Of a stretch of 64,000 nucleotides of DNA, positions 12,079-24,790 are shown in pieces (positions within the stretch are counted from its first letter, which is position 1; each line of letters starts with the position of its first letter). Under the pieces are notes generated by a model that was not told the origin of the DNA, ran no database searches, and worked only from the letters and a program-made list of their open reading frames with translations. Origin of the DNA: Podarcis pityusensis (taxonomy: Eukaryota). Made by a program: the position numbers and the translations under genes. The stretch lies in NCBI GenBank assembly GCA_964106645.2, contig OZ067039.1. One strand, 5' to 3'.

Positions 12079-12174
12079 GGACTGCTCCAGATGACTTATT
12101 TATTGAGCAGTCAACCTGATTTGCTTGTACACAGTATCCATTCTTTATTGAGCATCTGTTCTGATTTGTTTGTA
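12079..12174 (-). repeat. Copy of dispersed bipartite-motif element (two motif units)
   Basis: tttattgagca-gtcaac-ctgatttgcttg (12099) and tttattgagca-tctgtt-ctgatttgtttg (12144), with terminus ggactgctccagatgac. Confidence 0.7.
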
Positions 12175-12209
12175 GGAAGATCCTTCAACAATGCAAGAAC
12201 CACAGCTAA

Positions 12210-12527
12210 AGAATCCCTGGTGGGTGGCCATCCAGCTACTGTATAAAAGCCTCCAAAGAAGGAGAGTCCACCACCTTCTGAGGGAGTCCATTTCATTATC
12301 AAAAAGCTCTTACAGCCAGAAAGTTCTTCCTAATGTTTAGTCAGAATCTCCTTTCTTGTCAGTTGAATCCATTGGTTCAGGTCCTACACTCTGGAGCAAC
12401 AGAAAACAAGCTTGCTTCATCATCTGGGTGAAAGTCCTTCAGATATTTGAAGATGGCTATCATATTACTTCTCACTCTTTTCTTCTCCAGACTAAACATA
12501 TCCAACTCCCTCAACCATTCCTCATAT
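12210..12527 (-). mobile_element. CR1 LINE 3' ORF2 fragment
   Basis: YEEWLRELDMFSLEKKRVRSNMIAIFKYLK is the characteristic CR1 C-terminal motif. Confidence 0.9.
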
Positions 12528-12575
12528 AAATTAGTGAACAATAATAATCCTACACTTATCAATATATTTCCTCAC

Positions 12576-12576
<1 letters not shown>

Positions 12577-12610
<34 letters not shown>

Positions 12611-12625
12611 ATCTATCTATCTATT
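12577..12625. repeat. (TATC)n microsatellite
   Basis: Direct reading. Confidence 0.95.
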
Positions 12626-12636
12626 TATCACCTATC

Positions 12637-13182
12637 ATCTTCACGGCCTAGGACCCTCGTACCTACGGGACCTCCTCTCCTGGTATGTCCCACAGAGGAC
12701 CTTATGGTCTGCAAATAACAACACCCTGAAGATTCCGGGCCCCAGGGAGATTAGACTGGCCTCGACCAGAGCCAGGGCCTTTTCAGCCATGGCCCCGGCT
12801 TGGTGGAACGCTCTCTCACAAGAGACCAGGGCCCTGTGAGATTTGACATCCTTCCGCAGGGCCTGCAAGACAGAGCTGTTCTGCCAGGCCTTTGGTCAGG
12901 GCTCAGTCTGACTCATTTTCTCTTTGTATAAGAACAAGTACGAAGGAGGTCCTAGCCTGCTCACAGGTCCTTATAATATCAGTGGAAGCAGTTGGTCCTG
13001 GTGAGTATTATCAATTTTAATCTAAGGATTGTCATTTGTCCAGTTTTAATTTTAATTTATTTGAATTAATTTTGGGATGCATTTTAATTGATTGATTGCT
13101 TGTTTTTATGCATATTGTATTATTTATATGATGTTAGCCGCTCTGAGCCTGGCTCCGGCCATGGAGGGCAGGGTACAAATAA

Positions 13183-13219
<37 letters not shown>
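12637..13219 (+). mobile_element. L2 LINE 3' end with (TTA)n tail
   Basis: LHGLGPSYLRDLL...RAFSAMAPAWWNAL...FRRACKTELF is an L2 ORF2 C-terminus. (TTA)n runs ~13182-13219. Confidence 0.9.
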
Positions 13220-13221
<2 letters not shown>

Positions 13222-13498
13222 CTTGAAACAGAAATTTCTGTGTTTGGGAGTCATTAATGTGCTCTGTGTTTATTGTCACACAGGACATTTACCCTCAAAT
13301 CCCTAAAATTCAAATTCCCTAAAATTCAAAATCCAACATGCATTATCATGTTGTGAGACCAACTGCCAAGTGAGGCAGCAACAGTGCAGGTAGCTTGGTT
13401 GGAAGGCAAGCAATATTAGATATAAATTCAGTGTGTACCACACCACTCGTGCACATAAAGGAATGTGTGTGTGTGCTTCAAGTGGAAAGGGGGAGCAG

Positions 13499-13752
13499 CA
13501 GGGCCAACTCAAGACATTTTGCAGCATGAGGTGGCGGGCAAGATGGCGTCCTTCCCCAAGGCGTGAACAGAAGCCAATTGGACTGGCAGCTAAAACTTCC
13601 TCCAGTACTAGTGAAGTAACAGTATCTTCCACTGCATTGGAGGGCAGCAGCTTAGCATAGCGGATACAGGGCATGCATAGCTCTGTCCACTCCCCGCACC
13701 TCAGCTGCCTGAGGCAGCTGCTCCACTCTGCCTCACTTCAGGGCCAGCCCCG
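13499..13752. mobile_element. Old hAT-like MITE (related copy ~20070-20250)
   Basis: Termini CAGGGCCAAC...GGCCAGCCCCG, and shared blocks (CAAGACATT, TGCCTGAGGCA) with 20070-20250. Confidence 0.45.
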
Positions 13753-14886
13753 GGGAGCAGGCAAGCGCAGACTAGGTATGCAGCTTCCATCCCCCAATTT
13801 TCCTGCATTGAGTGGAAAGGTCTGACAAGGTGAGCTTGTTCAGCTGGATGGGCTTATAAGCCTCCCCACAAGAGGATTTCTGCAAGGAAGCTGTGTTTGT
13901 TCAGGGCCCCCCTCAACACAGGGAGTTTGGGGTGGAGTGGTCATGCCTGCATGTGGGGTGGGGGCTGGCATGCAGACATTCGCTTTCCCTCCCCCTCCAG
14001 TCTAAGCTCTCACATTCTTCTGAATGACTGGGGCTCTGAAATCCGGCTGAAAGCTGATGAGGGGAAAGACAGGCAGTGAGAAGAAGAGGCAGAGCTGAGG
14101 TGAGGGGAATAATGTGAGCAACTGCAAGGACTGTAGCTGTGACCAGGAACACAATATCCGCAGCCAGGTCAGCTTGTCTCCTTGCATACATAGAGGTGGC
14201 TTCTACAGGGTCAGAGACCATTGGTCCACCCAGCTGAGGGTTATCTGTTTTGACTGCCAGTTGCTCTCCTGGGTGTCAGGTTGCAGGGCCGTGAATCCTT
14301 GCCTGAGATCCCCCCACAGATGCCAAAGACCGAACACGTGAGGTCCTTCTGTATACAAAGTCTCGGCTGCACCATCCAGCTACTACAGACCCTCTCTCTT
14401 GCTTTAGAACCTTTGCCGGACACTGCCTGTATATCTGCATCTATAAGGGCTGGGAACTTCGGTTCTAGAAAGAAAGTAAGGGATAATCATGGGGTGTCTG
14501 TTTTTCAGCAGGGCACGACATCCCAGAGGTCTACTTGAGGTCTATTAAATACAAACTCCACATGGTCTGCATCGATCTGGGCTGAGACTGAGCCATAGTT
14601 CCCTGGGAAGAGGAATTGGCTATTAACCCATCCATGTAGCTTTGAGGGGGATAAGGGTCTCCTAGCAACTCTCAACACCCTTAGCAAACCACAACTCCAA
14701 GGCTTCTTAGGCAGGTGGGGAGGAGGGAAGAGAGCTGTGACTGTTTCAAGTTTTAATGATACTGTTTTAAATGTATAGTGCAACTGGGGCCCAAATCTCC
14801 CAGTCCTGGTACCTATGCCATATAGTATGGTTTTTACTGTATTGTTTTCACTGTATGGTTTTATGTACTATTATTGTAAACCACTC

Positions 14887-15016
14887 NNNNNNNNNNNNNN
14901 NNNNNNNNNNNNNNNNNNNNNNNNNNNNNNNNNNNNNNNNNNNNNNNNNNNNNNNNNNNNNNNNNNNNNNNNNNNNNNNNNNNNNNNNNNNNNNNNNNNN
15001 NNNNNNNNNNNNNNNN
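14887..15016. other. Assembly gap (130 N)
   Basis: Run of N. Confidence 1.
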
Positions 15017-15970
15017 GTATGTTTCCTCTCCATTTGTCCCATTCGACTAAATGTCACTTTTTGGTTGTATTTGGTGTGGGCAGGGGGGTTGCTCTGTGCT
15101 TCTATACCTCAAAGCTTTTCCCTGTGTTTTTAAAGACGCCGCTCCTGCCGCCCCCCCCCCCCCGACATCCAATACTGTCTTGAGTGGCTGCCTTGTCCTG
15201 GAACAAATTCAGCCTAATCTCTCCTTTTGGCAGTGACCTGAGTCAGATGCTTGACCCTCACATGGAGGCTGAGTCCTTGTAATATGGGATTATACCCAAC
15301 CGCCTCACGTGCACATAGAAGCCAGGGAAGCATGGGGAGAGGAAATGCAGGTCGGGCGTGTGAAAGTGGAATCACAGCAACCCTTGAACTCCTGCAGTTG
15401 CCTCTGTTAATATCCCAATCGAGACGGATTTCTCCTCTGTACAGATGCAGACTTGCACTGTACCTAGGCAGAATATAAGTGATGTGTTCTTTCTTTTGTA
15501 CCGATTACCAAAGTCTAATGCTATGTGCTTATCTGAGGCAAGTGAAGAAAACAAGTCTACAGCTCTCCTTAAGCGCATTTCCCAGATTTTTCTCCCCTGA
15601 CCAGCGATTCTCAAATGGTGTGTCACTCAGAACAGCCCTTTCACTGCGAGCTGTGTGAGGCCAGAGGTACCCAAAGGATTGCAATGTACTCTATGCATGT
15701 GGGAGATGTGCTGTCCTCCCTCTGATGTCCTCTGCTGTTGACTATGGCACTGCTAAAAAAGTTTCCGATCCAAAGTGCTAGAAAATATTTCATTCTCTGT
15801 CTCTTTGGTAAGGGCCTGCACAAATGTGTGGGTCTTTTCTCTACCTCCAGCAGTAGTTCTGCAGTGCAGCGGGGGGAAGAATTCTGCAGTGCGGGGGGGG
15901 GGGGGCGGGGAGAGTTCTTTCAAAGCTGCAGGAGTCCCATGCGATTTTGCATTGAGCTACTCTAGTCTAA

Positions 15971-16316
15971 GAGACGCGGGTGGCGCTGTGGGTTAAACCA
16001 CAGAGCCTAGAACTTGCTGATCAGAAGGTTGGCGGTTCGAATCCCCATGACAGGGTTAGCTCCTGTTATTCGGTCCCTGCTCCTGCCAACCTAGCAGTTC
16101 GAAAGCACGTCAAAGTGCAAGTAGATAAATAGGTACCGCTTTGGTGGTAAACGGCGTTTCCGTGCGCTGCTCTGGTTCGCCAGAAGTGGCTTAGTCATGC
16201 TGGTCACATGACCCGGAAGCTGTACGGTGGCTCCCTCGGCCAATAAAGCGAGATGAGCGCCGCAACCCCAGAGTCGGCTACGACTGGACCTAATGGTCAG
16301 GGGTCCCTTTTACCTT
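15971..16316 (+). mobile_element. Sauria SINE (Squam1), full length
   Basis: GAGACGCGGGTGGCGCTGTGGGTTAAACC head, GGTTCGAATCC B-box, ACCTTT tail, and a 13-bp TSD tactctagtctaa (15958-15970, 16317-16329). Confidence 0.95.
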
Positions 16317-17162
16317 TACTCTAGTCTAAACCAAAGTGTGAAAAGAGCATTTTGAAGCTAAGTGAAACTCAATCTCACTCTCTCATCCCTCTCTAAATGA
16401 GGTGTGAATTGATCCTCAGTAATAGGTATCCAAGAAAAAACTGGGTGCCTGAGCACTTTGGGTCCTCCTGGACCACGGAGGCAGAGCTAGAAGGGCTGTT
16501 TTTTTGATGGCGGGGGGGTAGGTTGTTTGCCTTGCTATCTATCCTTCATGAAGGAAAAAGTTTCAGGACAATTTTGTAAGGGAGATTTAAGAGCAATTTC
16601 CACATGCACACCGGGAGACAACAAACAGGTGGCAGAATTATTTTGCCATTCAAAATAGCACGAACTTCCTGTTCCTTATCAACAGAAGCCTTTTTTCACA
16701 CAGTTGAAAATCATCATGTAGAATTTGTCTGTGGAGGAAAAGCAGAGGGTTAATGTTATCAGTGTCAGGCTCTTATGAGTCCTCTATCAGAAGAACCCCT
16801 GGAGAGTCTCTAGACCTGCACCTCCTACTCCTGGCTCTCATTCCCTGCGCTCAGAGAAGAATGGGTAGGAGGAGAAGGAGCTGCTCCTCACTTCTCCCTC
16901 TGGAAAGATGTCCAGAGTAGAGTTGGAGGAAGGCAGCAAGTGAATGGACAGCATCATGGAGCCCAATCCCAAGAGGGAGGGGGGCATTGAGAACATTGGA
17001 GAAGTGATCCACATCTAAAGCACACCCAATGCACTTTTAAAACACATGGCTCCCCCTCTGCTCCAAGAATCTCCCAAGAACTCATAACAAACTACAATTC
17101 CCAGGATACTTTCGGGGAAGCCATGTGCTTTAAATGTGTGCTGGATGTGCTTCAATATGTAT

Positions 17163-17683
17163 TGTCATGAGTTTGGGAGGGAGTTAGGTTGTAGCCCGAT
17201 ACCCTTCTAATACATGTCCTGTTTCTTGGATCCAGCAGTACATCCAGCACAGGATTCCTGGATCCAGAACAGATTCAATTGCTGGAATAGTCAGACGAGT
17301 TTAGTAATGGCCCACTAAGTAGGGTTCATTAAGGTAACAAAGGGAGTGGCTCTGTGCCAGAGGACAAATGGGTAAGCCTCCCTCCCTCAACACAAGGCCG
17401 AAGTGGAGTTGCAGTGCTGTGGGCCAGATGTAAAGTAGCAAGGTAGGAGAAGGCAGATGGAGAAAGCCATGCTTGATTTCTAATGGAATCCAAGGTCAAA
17501 GCTATGGGAGAAACAAGACCCTTTTGGGGTGTCAGTGCTGTGAACCTCTCCCTTGTATATACTGTATGTGTAAACAAACCATATATCATAAAGACACCAC
17601 AGTCTCCACTGTGCCTCCTTTCCAAAAGGAAACATGAACCCTGGGAATCTTCCACTGCTCAGACACTGGGGTGGCATGCAACA
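17163..17683 (+). mobile_element. Solo LTR (521 bp) inserted in a palindromic MITE
   Basis: TGTCA...CAACA termini and a 4-bp TSD GTAT. The host MITE end (atatgtat|ggtgtggat) resumes after it. Confidence 0.8.
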
Positions 17684-17865
17684 GTATGGTGTGGATTGGC
17701 ACCTGGTCACCTCCAGGCTGTCAGTATTTTGTAAGAGGGATTCAAGCACATGCAAGAAATTTAGGTTTGCACAATGTGTTTTGTTGACCTAGGGCAACAG
17801 ATTCGCTTTAAAAACAAAGCAGGCTTCTTGAGTTTTGTGTGGGATGGGCGAATGATTAATGGGAA

Positions 17866-17981
17866 GATGTACCAACAAAAACAAATGCTCAATAAAGAAT
17901 GGGCATGCCGTGACCTCCGTGTAAGCTTCGTGCAAGGAAATCAGAGCGAATCCTCAATGAACAGGTTGTCTGGAGAAGCCC
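17866..17981 (+). repeat. Copy of dispersed bipartite-motif element
   Basis: tgctcaataaa at 17886 and caaggaaatcag-agcgaa-tcctcaatgaa (17933-17961), 65 bp apart as at 28268/28333. Ends caggttgtctggagaagccc. Confidence 0.7.
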
Positions 17982-18336
17982 CTTGTCCACCAACACCCTG
18001 CCCCCAAACATGGCACCAAAGAGTGGGGTCATGCCTTCTGCTCCAATTTCAGAGTCCCCCCAAAACACATAGAAAGTGTGCAGTTATTTATTTTAGTTAA
18101 TAAAACTTACAGGCCATTTGATTGTAATTGAAACCTCTAAGCACCTTACAAAAAATAAACGAAACAGACCTCCAGATTGTCATTAAAAGACGTTAAAAAC
18201 AGGTATTTTGAAGACAAACAAAATATGATTAAACCAACAGGCAAGCTGGAAACAGAATAAAAGGCATCTCAACATCTACATGTATCTGGATAGGCTTGTC
18301 TGAAAGAAAATGCTTTTAGCCGGTACCAAAAAGGTA

Positions 18337-18584
18337 CCGTATTTTTCGCTCTATAAGACGCACCAGACCACAAGACGCACCTAGTTTTTGGAGGAGGAAA
18401 ACAAAACAAAAAAATATTCTGAATCTCAGAAGCCAGAACAGCAAGAGGGATTGCTGCGCAGCAACTCTTCCTGTTCTGGCTTCTCGGATAGCTGCACAGC
18501 CTACATTTGCTCCATAAGACGCACACACATTTCCCCTTACTTTTTAGGAGGGAAAAAGTGAGTCTTATAGAGCAAAAAATACGG
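18337..18584. mobile_element. Tc1/mariner-pogo MITE inserted in an old minus-strand L2-like fragment
   Basis: TIR CCGTATTTTTCGCTCTATAAGAC...GTCTTATAGAGCAAAAAATACGG with TA on both sides. Confidence 0.9.
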
Positions 18585-21076
18585 TACCTACCTGACGTCA
18601 ATAGGGAGGAAGTTCCAAAGTGTGGGTGCTGCAGCTCTATTAAAAAAAAAAATCAATTTCTTACAAGTGCAGAACGAATATTATGTAGCACCAGCGCCAG
18701 TTCTGCAAATCGAAGCAGTCGAGTGGGCATATATGGAGAAAGGCATATAAAGGCTATATGGATGGACATTCTGTCCATGGAAAGATTCTGCACACAGAAA
18801 GAGCTGGTGATTCCCCACGGAGAGAGCAAGTGCTATCCCTTCTCCTCTCCACAGCCTTCTGCCAAAAAGGGCTGCAGTGCTTCTAACAATGTATTCCGGA
18901 GGAAAGCTACTCACCAGTCTGCAATGCATTATGCTTCCCTTTCTTTCGGATGCAAATGCCCATGCCCACATACACCATGCTTGGCACTGTCCATCTCAAA
19001 CTAAAAGCCTCTTTCACTAGATGGGTGAGCAGCAGGTATGCAGCTGGGCACTTAGTTCTTGACCTGTGCAGTGAGGGTTGCACCCATCTCATTTTGCATC
19101 GGCGCTGCTCTGCAATATGGAGAGTTCTTTAATCACAGGTCTGGGAAAAAGAGAGGCGTTTTTTGAAGAAAAGGGCATTGGTGTGCACGTGGAAGGAACT
19201 TTGATGAGGGAGATCTTCTGCAGAACATGGGAAGCAGCAGGAGGAAGGTGTGGGCCTGTTTAGGAAAAGAAAAGGGAGGCCCAGCTATGCAGCAATCATT
19301 ACTGGGTAATGGTCAGTGTGGACATGTTTGCCACAGAGTTGAAAGCAATAAACAGCAGGGCACAATCGGAGCCTTAGTTCTTGGGCTCCAATCCTACTGT
19401 GAAAGAACCCTTATTCATCTGTGACAGAAGGAATGTGTGCTAATTGCAACTGGGCGAACCGCTCCACCTTTTAATGCTGGCCATGGGGACAGTGGTGTTT
19501 ATAAGCCTCCAGGAACAATGAGCTGGTTTAAGCCCAAAGGGTCTGTTTTCTACAAATACCCCCAACAATTGTTTGATTCCTTTCTTCCCCCTTGGAGTGG
19601 GGGCGGAGGGAATTTAGAAAAACTGTAGATCCATTCAAACTCTGGCTGCCTGGAAGCAGCAGTCCGAGAATAGACTATGTGGGCAGCAGTGGAGGCCTTT
19701 CGGATTTGAAAGCTAAAACATTCTTGCATTTGAAATCCTGCCTGAGCTCTTTTTTATTTTAAGGTATTATTTTTTATGGGTTAAGGCTTTGATCGTCCTT
19801 TCAAAGGGGGGGGGGAGAGAACCCATCATCACAACCATCAAAAGCTCACACCAGCATTGCATCCAATACAAACCGAGAAGTAACATGAAGAGGAGGCCAC
19901 ATAACAAAAAGTACTGTAATGCAACATGGTGCTTGGAGGCAGGGAACCGCGCAGGAGGCGGCTGCTTGTAATGAAGAAAGGAAACAGGGCCTGTGGGCTG
20001 ACTTGGGCAGTTTATGGTATGGCAAGCCAGGAGGGCCAATGCACTATACTAACGTCCAGTGATAATGGGCAGAGCTGGCCCAAGACATTCTACCGCCTGA
20101 AGCGAAAGGCAAGATTGCAGTCAAACCATCCCAACACTAGCAGTCGTCTCCTACACCTGAAGGCAGCAAGATAGCTTGGAGGGGACAAGGAAGGCCATGT
20201 GGCCCACTCAGCTGCTCCCTGCCTGAGGCAACTGCATTGCTCTACCTCAAGGGTGGGGAACCTCAGGCCCATTGCTAGGCCAAATGAAGTCCTCTAGGTC
20301 TCCCTGGCTGGCCCTCGGGACCATTGCTCGGCCATTTCCTCCCCCACTCAGGCCACACACCAGGCCACCCCTCTCACTGGCCCTGCTCTGTGACCTCAAG
20401 TGCTTTTGGCTTCATGGTATGTGGCCTTGAACTAGGAGAACACCCATTTCTTGCCTTCATGGAAGATGGAGGCGTACAGGTAAATGTGGATACATGTGCA
20501 GAAACTTCTGTAACATTGCCTTGCCCACTTTTCTCTTTGGCCCCACCCACAATCGGCATGTTCTCTGTGATGAAATGCAATCCTTGGATTGAAGAAGCCG
20601 TCCCACCCTGTCCCTCCCTAATGATAGGGCTGGTCCTGACAAGGCATTATGGCCATCTTTGATGGACGTTGGCATTGACCTTAAATTAATAGAAACGACT
20701 ATGGCAAAAATATTGCAGAAATTGCACTGCCTAGACCAGCTTCTTTCTTTGCAATTTATCTTGAGTAGCTTATTTTACAACTGAAGAAAAAGAATGCAGA
20801 ATGTGTCTTGAGTATGAGGAGGCCTGATGAGTGGCTGCGAAATGCACACTCCAGCAGTACAGGGGGAGAAAGGGCTGCCGGAGTGTGGTTGGAAGAAGAA
20901 AAAGAAACAAACTGATAAGGAGAAAGTGTTGGAAAATCCAGCAAACATGTGAATTGTTTGCACTTGAGGGAAATGAATTCGGCAAAGCTCAGACTTGAAA
21001 GAGGAGTTTTGAACAATGGAGTTCAATGTTGTCACACGACACAAAACATTTACTTTCCAAGCGCCAGGTGACAGTT

Positions 21077-21217
21077 CATGGAATCATAGAATTGTAGAGT
21101 TGGAAGGGACCCTGAGAGTCATCTAGTCCAACCCTCTGCAAAGCAGGAATCTTGCCCAGTGTGGGGCTTGAACCCAGGACCCTGATATTAAGAGCCTCAT
21201 GCTCTACCAACTGAGCT
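21077..21217 (-). mobile_element. tRNA-Lys-derived SINE with CR1 3' tail
   Basis: Minus strand reads AGCTCAGTTGGTAGAGCATGAGGCTCTTAATATCAGGGTCCTGGGTTCAAGCCCCAC, followed by the CR1 tail CCCTTCCAACTCTACAATTCTATGATTC. Confidence 0.85.
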
Positions 21218-24200
21218 TAAGCAGGTGGTGAACTCAGAGGTGTTCCATTTAGCTTCCTTTTGTGAAAAAAGAGAAAGGAAGGTTGTCAGATTCCAAGGTC
21301 CAGTTTGTTTTAGGCTACCTGGGTCATAAAACAGCTTTAAAACCAACCATTAAAGGTGGGTTGGCTTTATAGCTTGTTTCAGTCTGTTCAGGCACATGAG
21401 TTCCTCCCTGCTTTGCAGGTTAGGCAGAGATGAGGACCAACCCTGGGAATTTCTTTAGCAAACTAATGTTCTGGTCTAATCCGAGATGGATGATGAGTTA
21501 ATTTGACATTTATGTGCCTGCACATTCAGCATTAACTAAACATAAATCGCTGTCCTCCTTTATTTCATAGCGTAATCCTGTTCGGCACTGTTTTTCTTAA
21601 AATGAGCCTGAAGATTTTGTGACTATACCCATGCGTGCCTGCTATTCTTACTAACGTTGCTATTTTTAATGTCATCCATTATAACTTGTATGAATGACGG
21701 AAGGGTGAGGAAATCTTTGGAAAGGTGGCAAGATTTCTTGGGAGCTGAAACCACACATTCTCAGACAACTGTGGCCATTTCCTTAAACCCTAAAGGTGCC
21801 GGGATAAGCACACAGATTATGGTCTTTGAGTCACATAGCCAGAAAAAGCCTTGCAGGCTGGTCAACCCTCATTTTAGAGCTGGAGGTAGATGTGCCAGAT
21901 ATTACTGAAATTCATTATCCCCACCCGAAGCAATGTGTCTTTCTTGGAAGCATATAAACAATAGCAATATTGTGCTGTACATAGTACCTTTCAGAAGACC
22001 TAAATGCTTTACAGCTACTATTAAACTAACAGTACAATTCTTAGTTATGCTTACTCTAGTTATGTCTCTCCATGGCAGAGAAGGTCCTATGGCTTCTTAG
22101 TGATGTAAACTCATAAAGTCTCCCTTTTTGTTTTGGCGGCCAAAAGGATCAGAAAGAAGATATAGAAATGGACGATATAGCAGTGAACTGTAAGGGAGAT
22201 GCAGAGATCTAAACAGAGACCATTATTTGTGGCGCAACACCCCTTTTGCTTTTATTTATTTTTGATTCAGATCTGTCATGGCCAGTGGCTAGTACAATAA
22301 AATTATTTGGATTGGTTTACTCTAGTTAAATTCTTGCTCTGTTTAATGGGACTTCCTTCCAGGAAAGTATGCACAGAATTACAGTCTAGCAGTGCACTCG
22401 TTATATTGTCTATTCTAAAGTGATCCCTATTATTGAATTAAGTGGGACATAGTTCTCGGTAAATGTGTATATGATTGCAGTCTGAATCACACAACACCCC
22501 AGGGAGGGGGATAGTTCAAAGATCTTCCTGTTTTATTGGTGGAGAACTGAGGGCAAAGTGCATTTATGTGCAGCCTGCCACAGTCCAGCTCAAGCCGGCT
22601 TTCAATTTCATATGGAAAATGTTGGGCATTTGTTTGCAATCATGTACTACTGCTCCTTGCAATTGTGCGAGATTAGTAGTCAAACGTAACAAATGCATGT
22701 CCTTGCTAGTTAGCACAAGAAGGGGCCAAGTCCACAGAGCTGTTTTGCTGATAGGCAGATACGCAAACCATAGAAGTACAATTGGTAGAGAGGGCTCGAT
22801 GTGATGTCATTTCCCCTGTTCTCCCAGAGAGGAAGAAGCATATAGTATTTCCAGTTCTTCTGTCTCTTCCTTTGATCAGTGTTGGATGCAGACATGCATC
22901 CTCTTGCTCGAACTTTAAGCATAAGCCTGAAGCTGGTCATACTGTAAATATAACCATTTTGCCTGCATAGTTTTTACTGCTGCCATTGCCATGAACCAAT
23001 GCATGATAATAAAGAAATCACCATAGCACTTGCAAGCGAGTGGGCTTATTCAATGGCAGCTGCACTCGAATGAGGAAGCTGGTGGCAGTGGGTACTTTGA
23101 AGCTCTGGTTGGTACTTGGAGGGGTCATCAAGGACCCCTTGAAAACTAGAGCTGGGCATGTATGGAGTTTAAAGGATGCTTTCACTGACATTTTGATATT
23201 TTGCTTCCCAGATCTTTTGAACTACAACTCCCAGCAGCCCCAGCCAACATATCCAATGGACGAATGGGGTGGTGGAAGATTTAGTTCAAACCCTCTGGAG
23301 GGTACCAGACTGATGAAGGCTGCTGCATTCTCTGAAAATAAGATAAGGGGAGCAAGGCCAAGAAAATAAGATGGATTCAAACAGAGAAGAAACAGGAAGT
23401 AAATGAGTATCGTGATGAGAGAAATTACTAACATTTTTCAGGGGGCATTTCTCTTACAGTTCCTTTGGGTGAAGACATATGAGCATGGGGCCTCTATTGT
23501 ACAGATGGGCAACATCTCAGGTAGAAATGCAGGAGCAGGTGGAGTTTTCTTTAAATGAAAGCTGAGATTTGCAAGAACTGAGATCTTATGGATCGTACAG
23601 GGCACATGCTGATGTCTGGAGAAAATAAGGCCCTTGTTTGAACATTTCCTTATTGATCCATCAATCCATACATCAATCCCTCTTTTGGTGCTTGTATATG
23701 GAATGTAACTTAGCGGTAGCAGCAACAAGCTACAGTAAAAATACCTGATAAATTAGTGCAAGTGGGGGAATAAGCAGGACTTCCTTACGGAGCTGGGCAG
23801 TCATAAAATCTGTTACTGGAATCGGGCAGTGAATTCATTTTATGAAACCCTTGTGGAATGCGAGTGTGGTTTAGAGGCAGCGGATGATTCAAAACACTGC
23901 ATCCAGAAACTGGTCTTCTCTTAAAGAGCAATGACCTTTAGGTCACCATCTTCAATCAGTGTTGCTGGAGATATCCCCGTGGACTTACCCCCAAAGCATG
24001 TGGTCTGAGGGCTGCATTCTCAGTCTCATTATGTATGTAAGGAACCGTGTATGGGAATGTGACATCTAAATTGGTTACCAGGGATACCATCTGAACCAAA
24101 CATCCCTGGGCTCTCCAACTTGGCAAGCTTCTTAATTTCTGAGTCAGCCCTTGAACAAAACAGTTTCACATTTGTAAGGAATTAAGGCTGCCATCAACTC

Positions 24201-24640
24201 ATCTAACTGATGCTATCAGGAGCTTTCAGTTCACTTTGCACAGAGAAGTTTTGGATCGGTTTTCCAGCTCGATCTGAAGCTCGATAAGGTCCTGGCTACA
24301 GGCTTCAATTTCATGTAGATCTGTCAGAGGCAGGGCCTGATCTACGGGAGAAATTGTTTCAGGCATCATCCTCTGTGCCTGTTCCACTTGTTTGTTGCTA
24401 TTCTTTGCCCCACCATCACATGCCAGCCAGTGGTGGTGCTCAGATGTTCCACAGGGAAAACAGTGGTGGTTAACCAAGAATGTATCATGAGGAACTGGCA
24501 CGGCATCGATCCAAAAAAGCAAGCCTGTCCAAAGCTGTTGCAACAAGGAGTCAGGAGAGCAGGTTCTAGAGATACAGATTAGAAACAGGCTGAATGAAAC
24601 ACTGCTTCAGCAACTGTCCTGCTGCAGCACATCTCCCCTT

Positions 24641-24790
24641 GAACACAGGAAGCTGCCTCACACTCAATCAGACTGTTGGTCCATCTAAGTCGGTAATGCC
24701 TACAATGACTCTCTGAGACAGAGAACTTTCCCAGTCAGGGCTTGAACATGGGGCGTTCTACATGAAAAGCATGTGGTCGACCACAGAGCT
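24641..24790 (-). mobile_element. tRNA-derived SINE with CR1-type tail (degenerate)
   Basis: ggaagctgcc...ttggtccatcta tail and a tRNA-like head at the 24790 end. Confidence 0.6.

Noticed and set aside
14771-15183. ORFs spanning the N run
   Set aside because: Artefacts of translating Ns.
21150-21217. Functional tRNA-Lys gene
   Set aside because: The 5' acceptor strand is missing, the stems have mismatches, and it is fused directly to a CR1 tail, so it is a SINE head.
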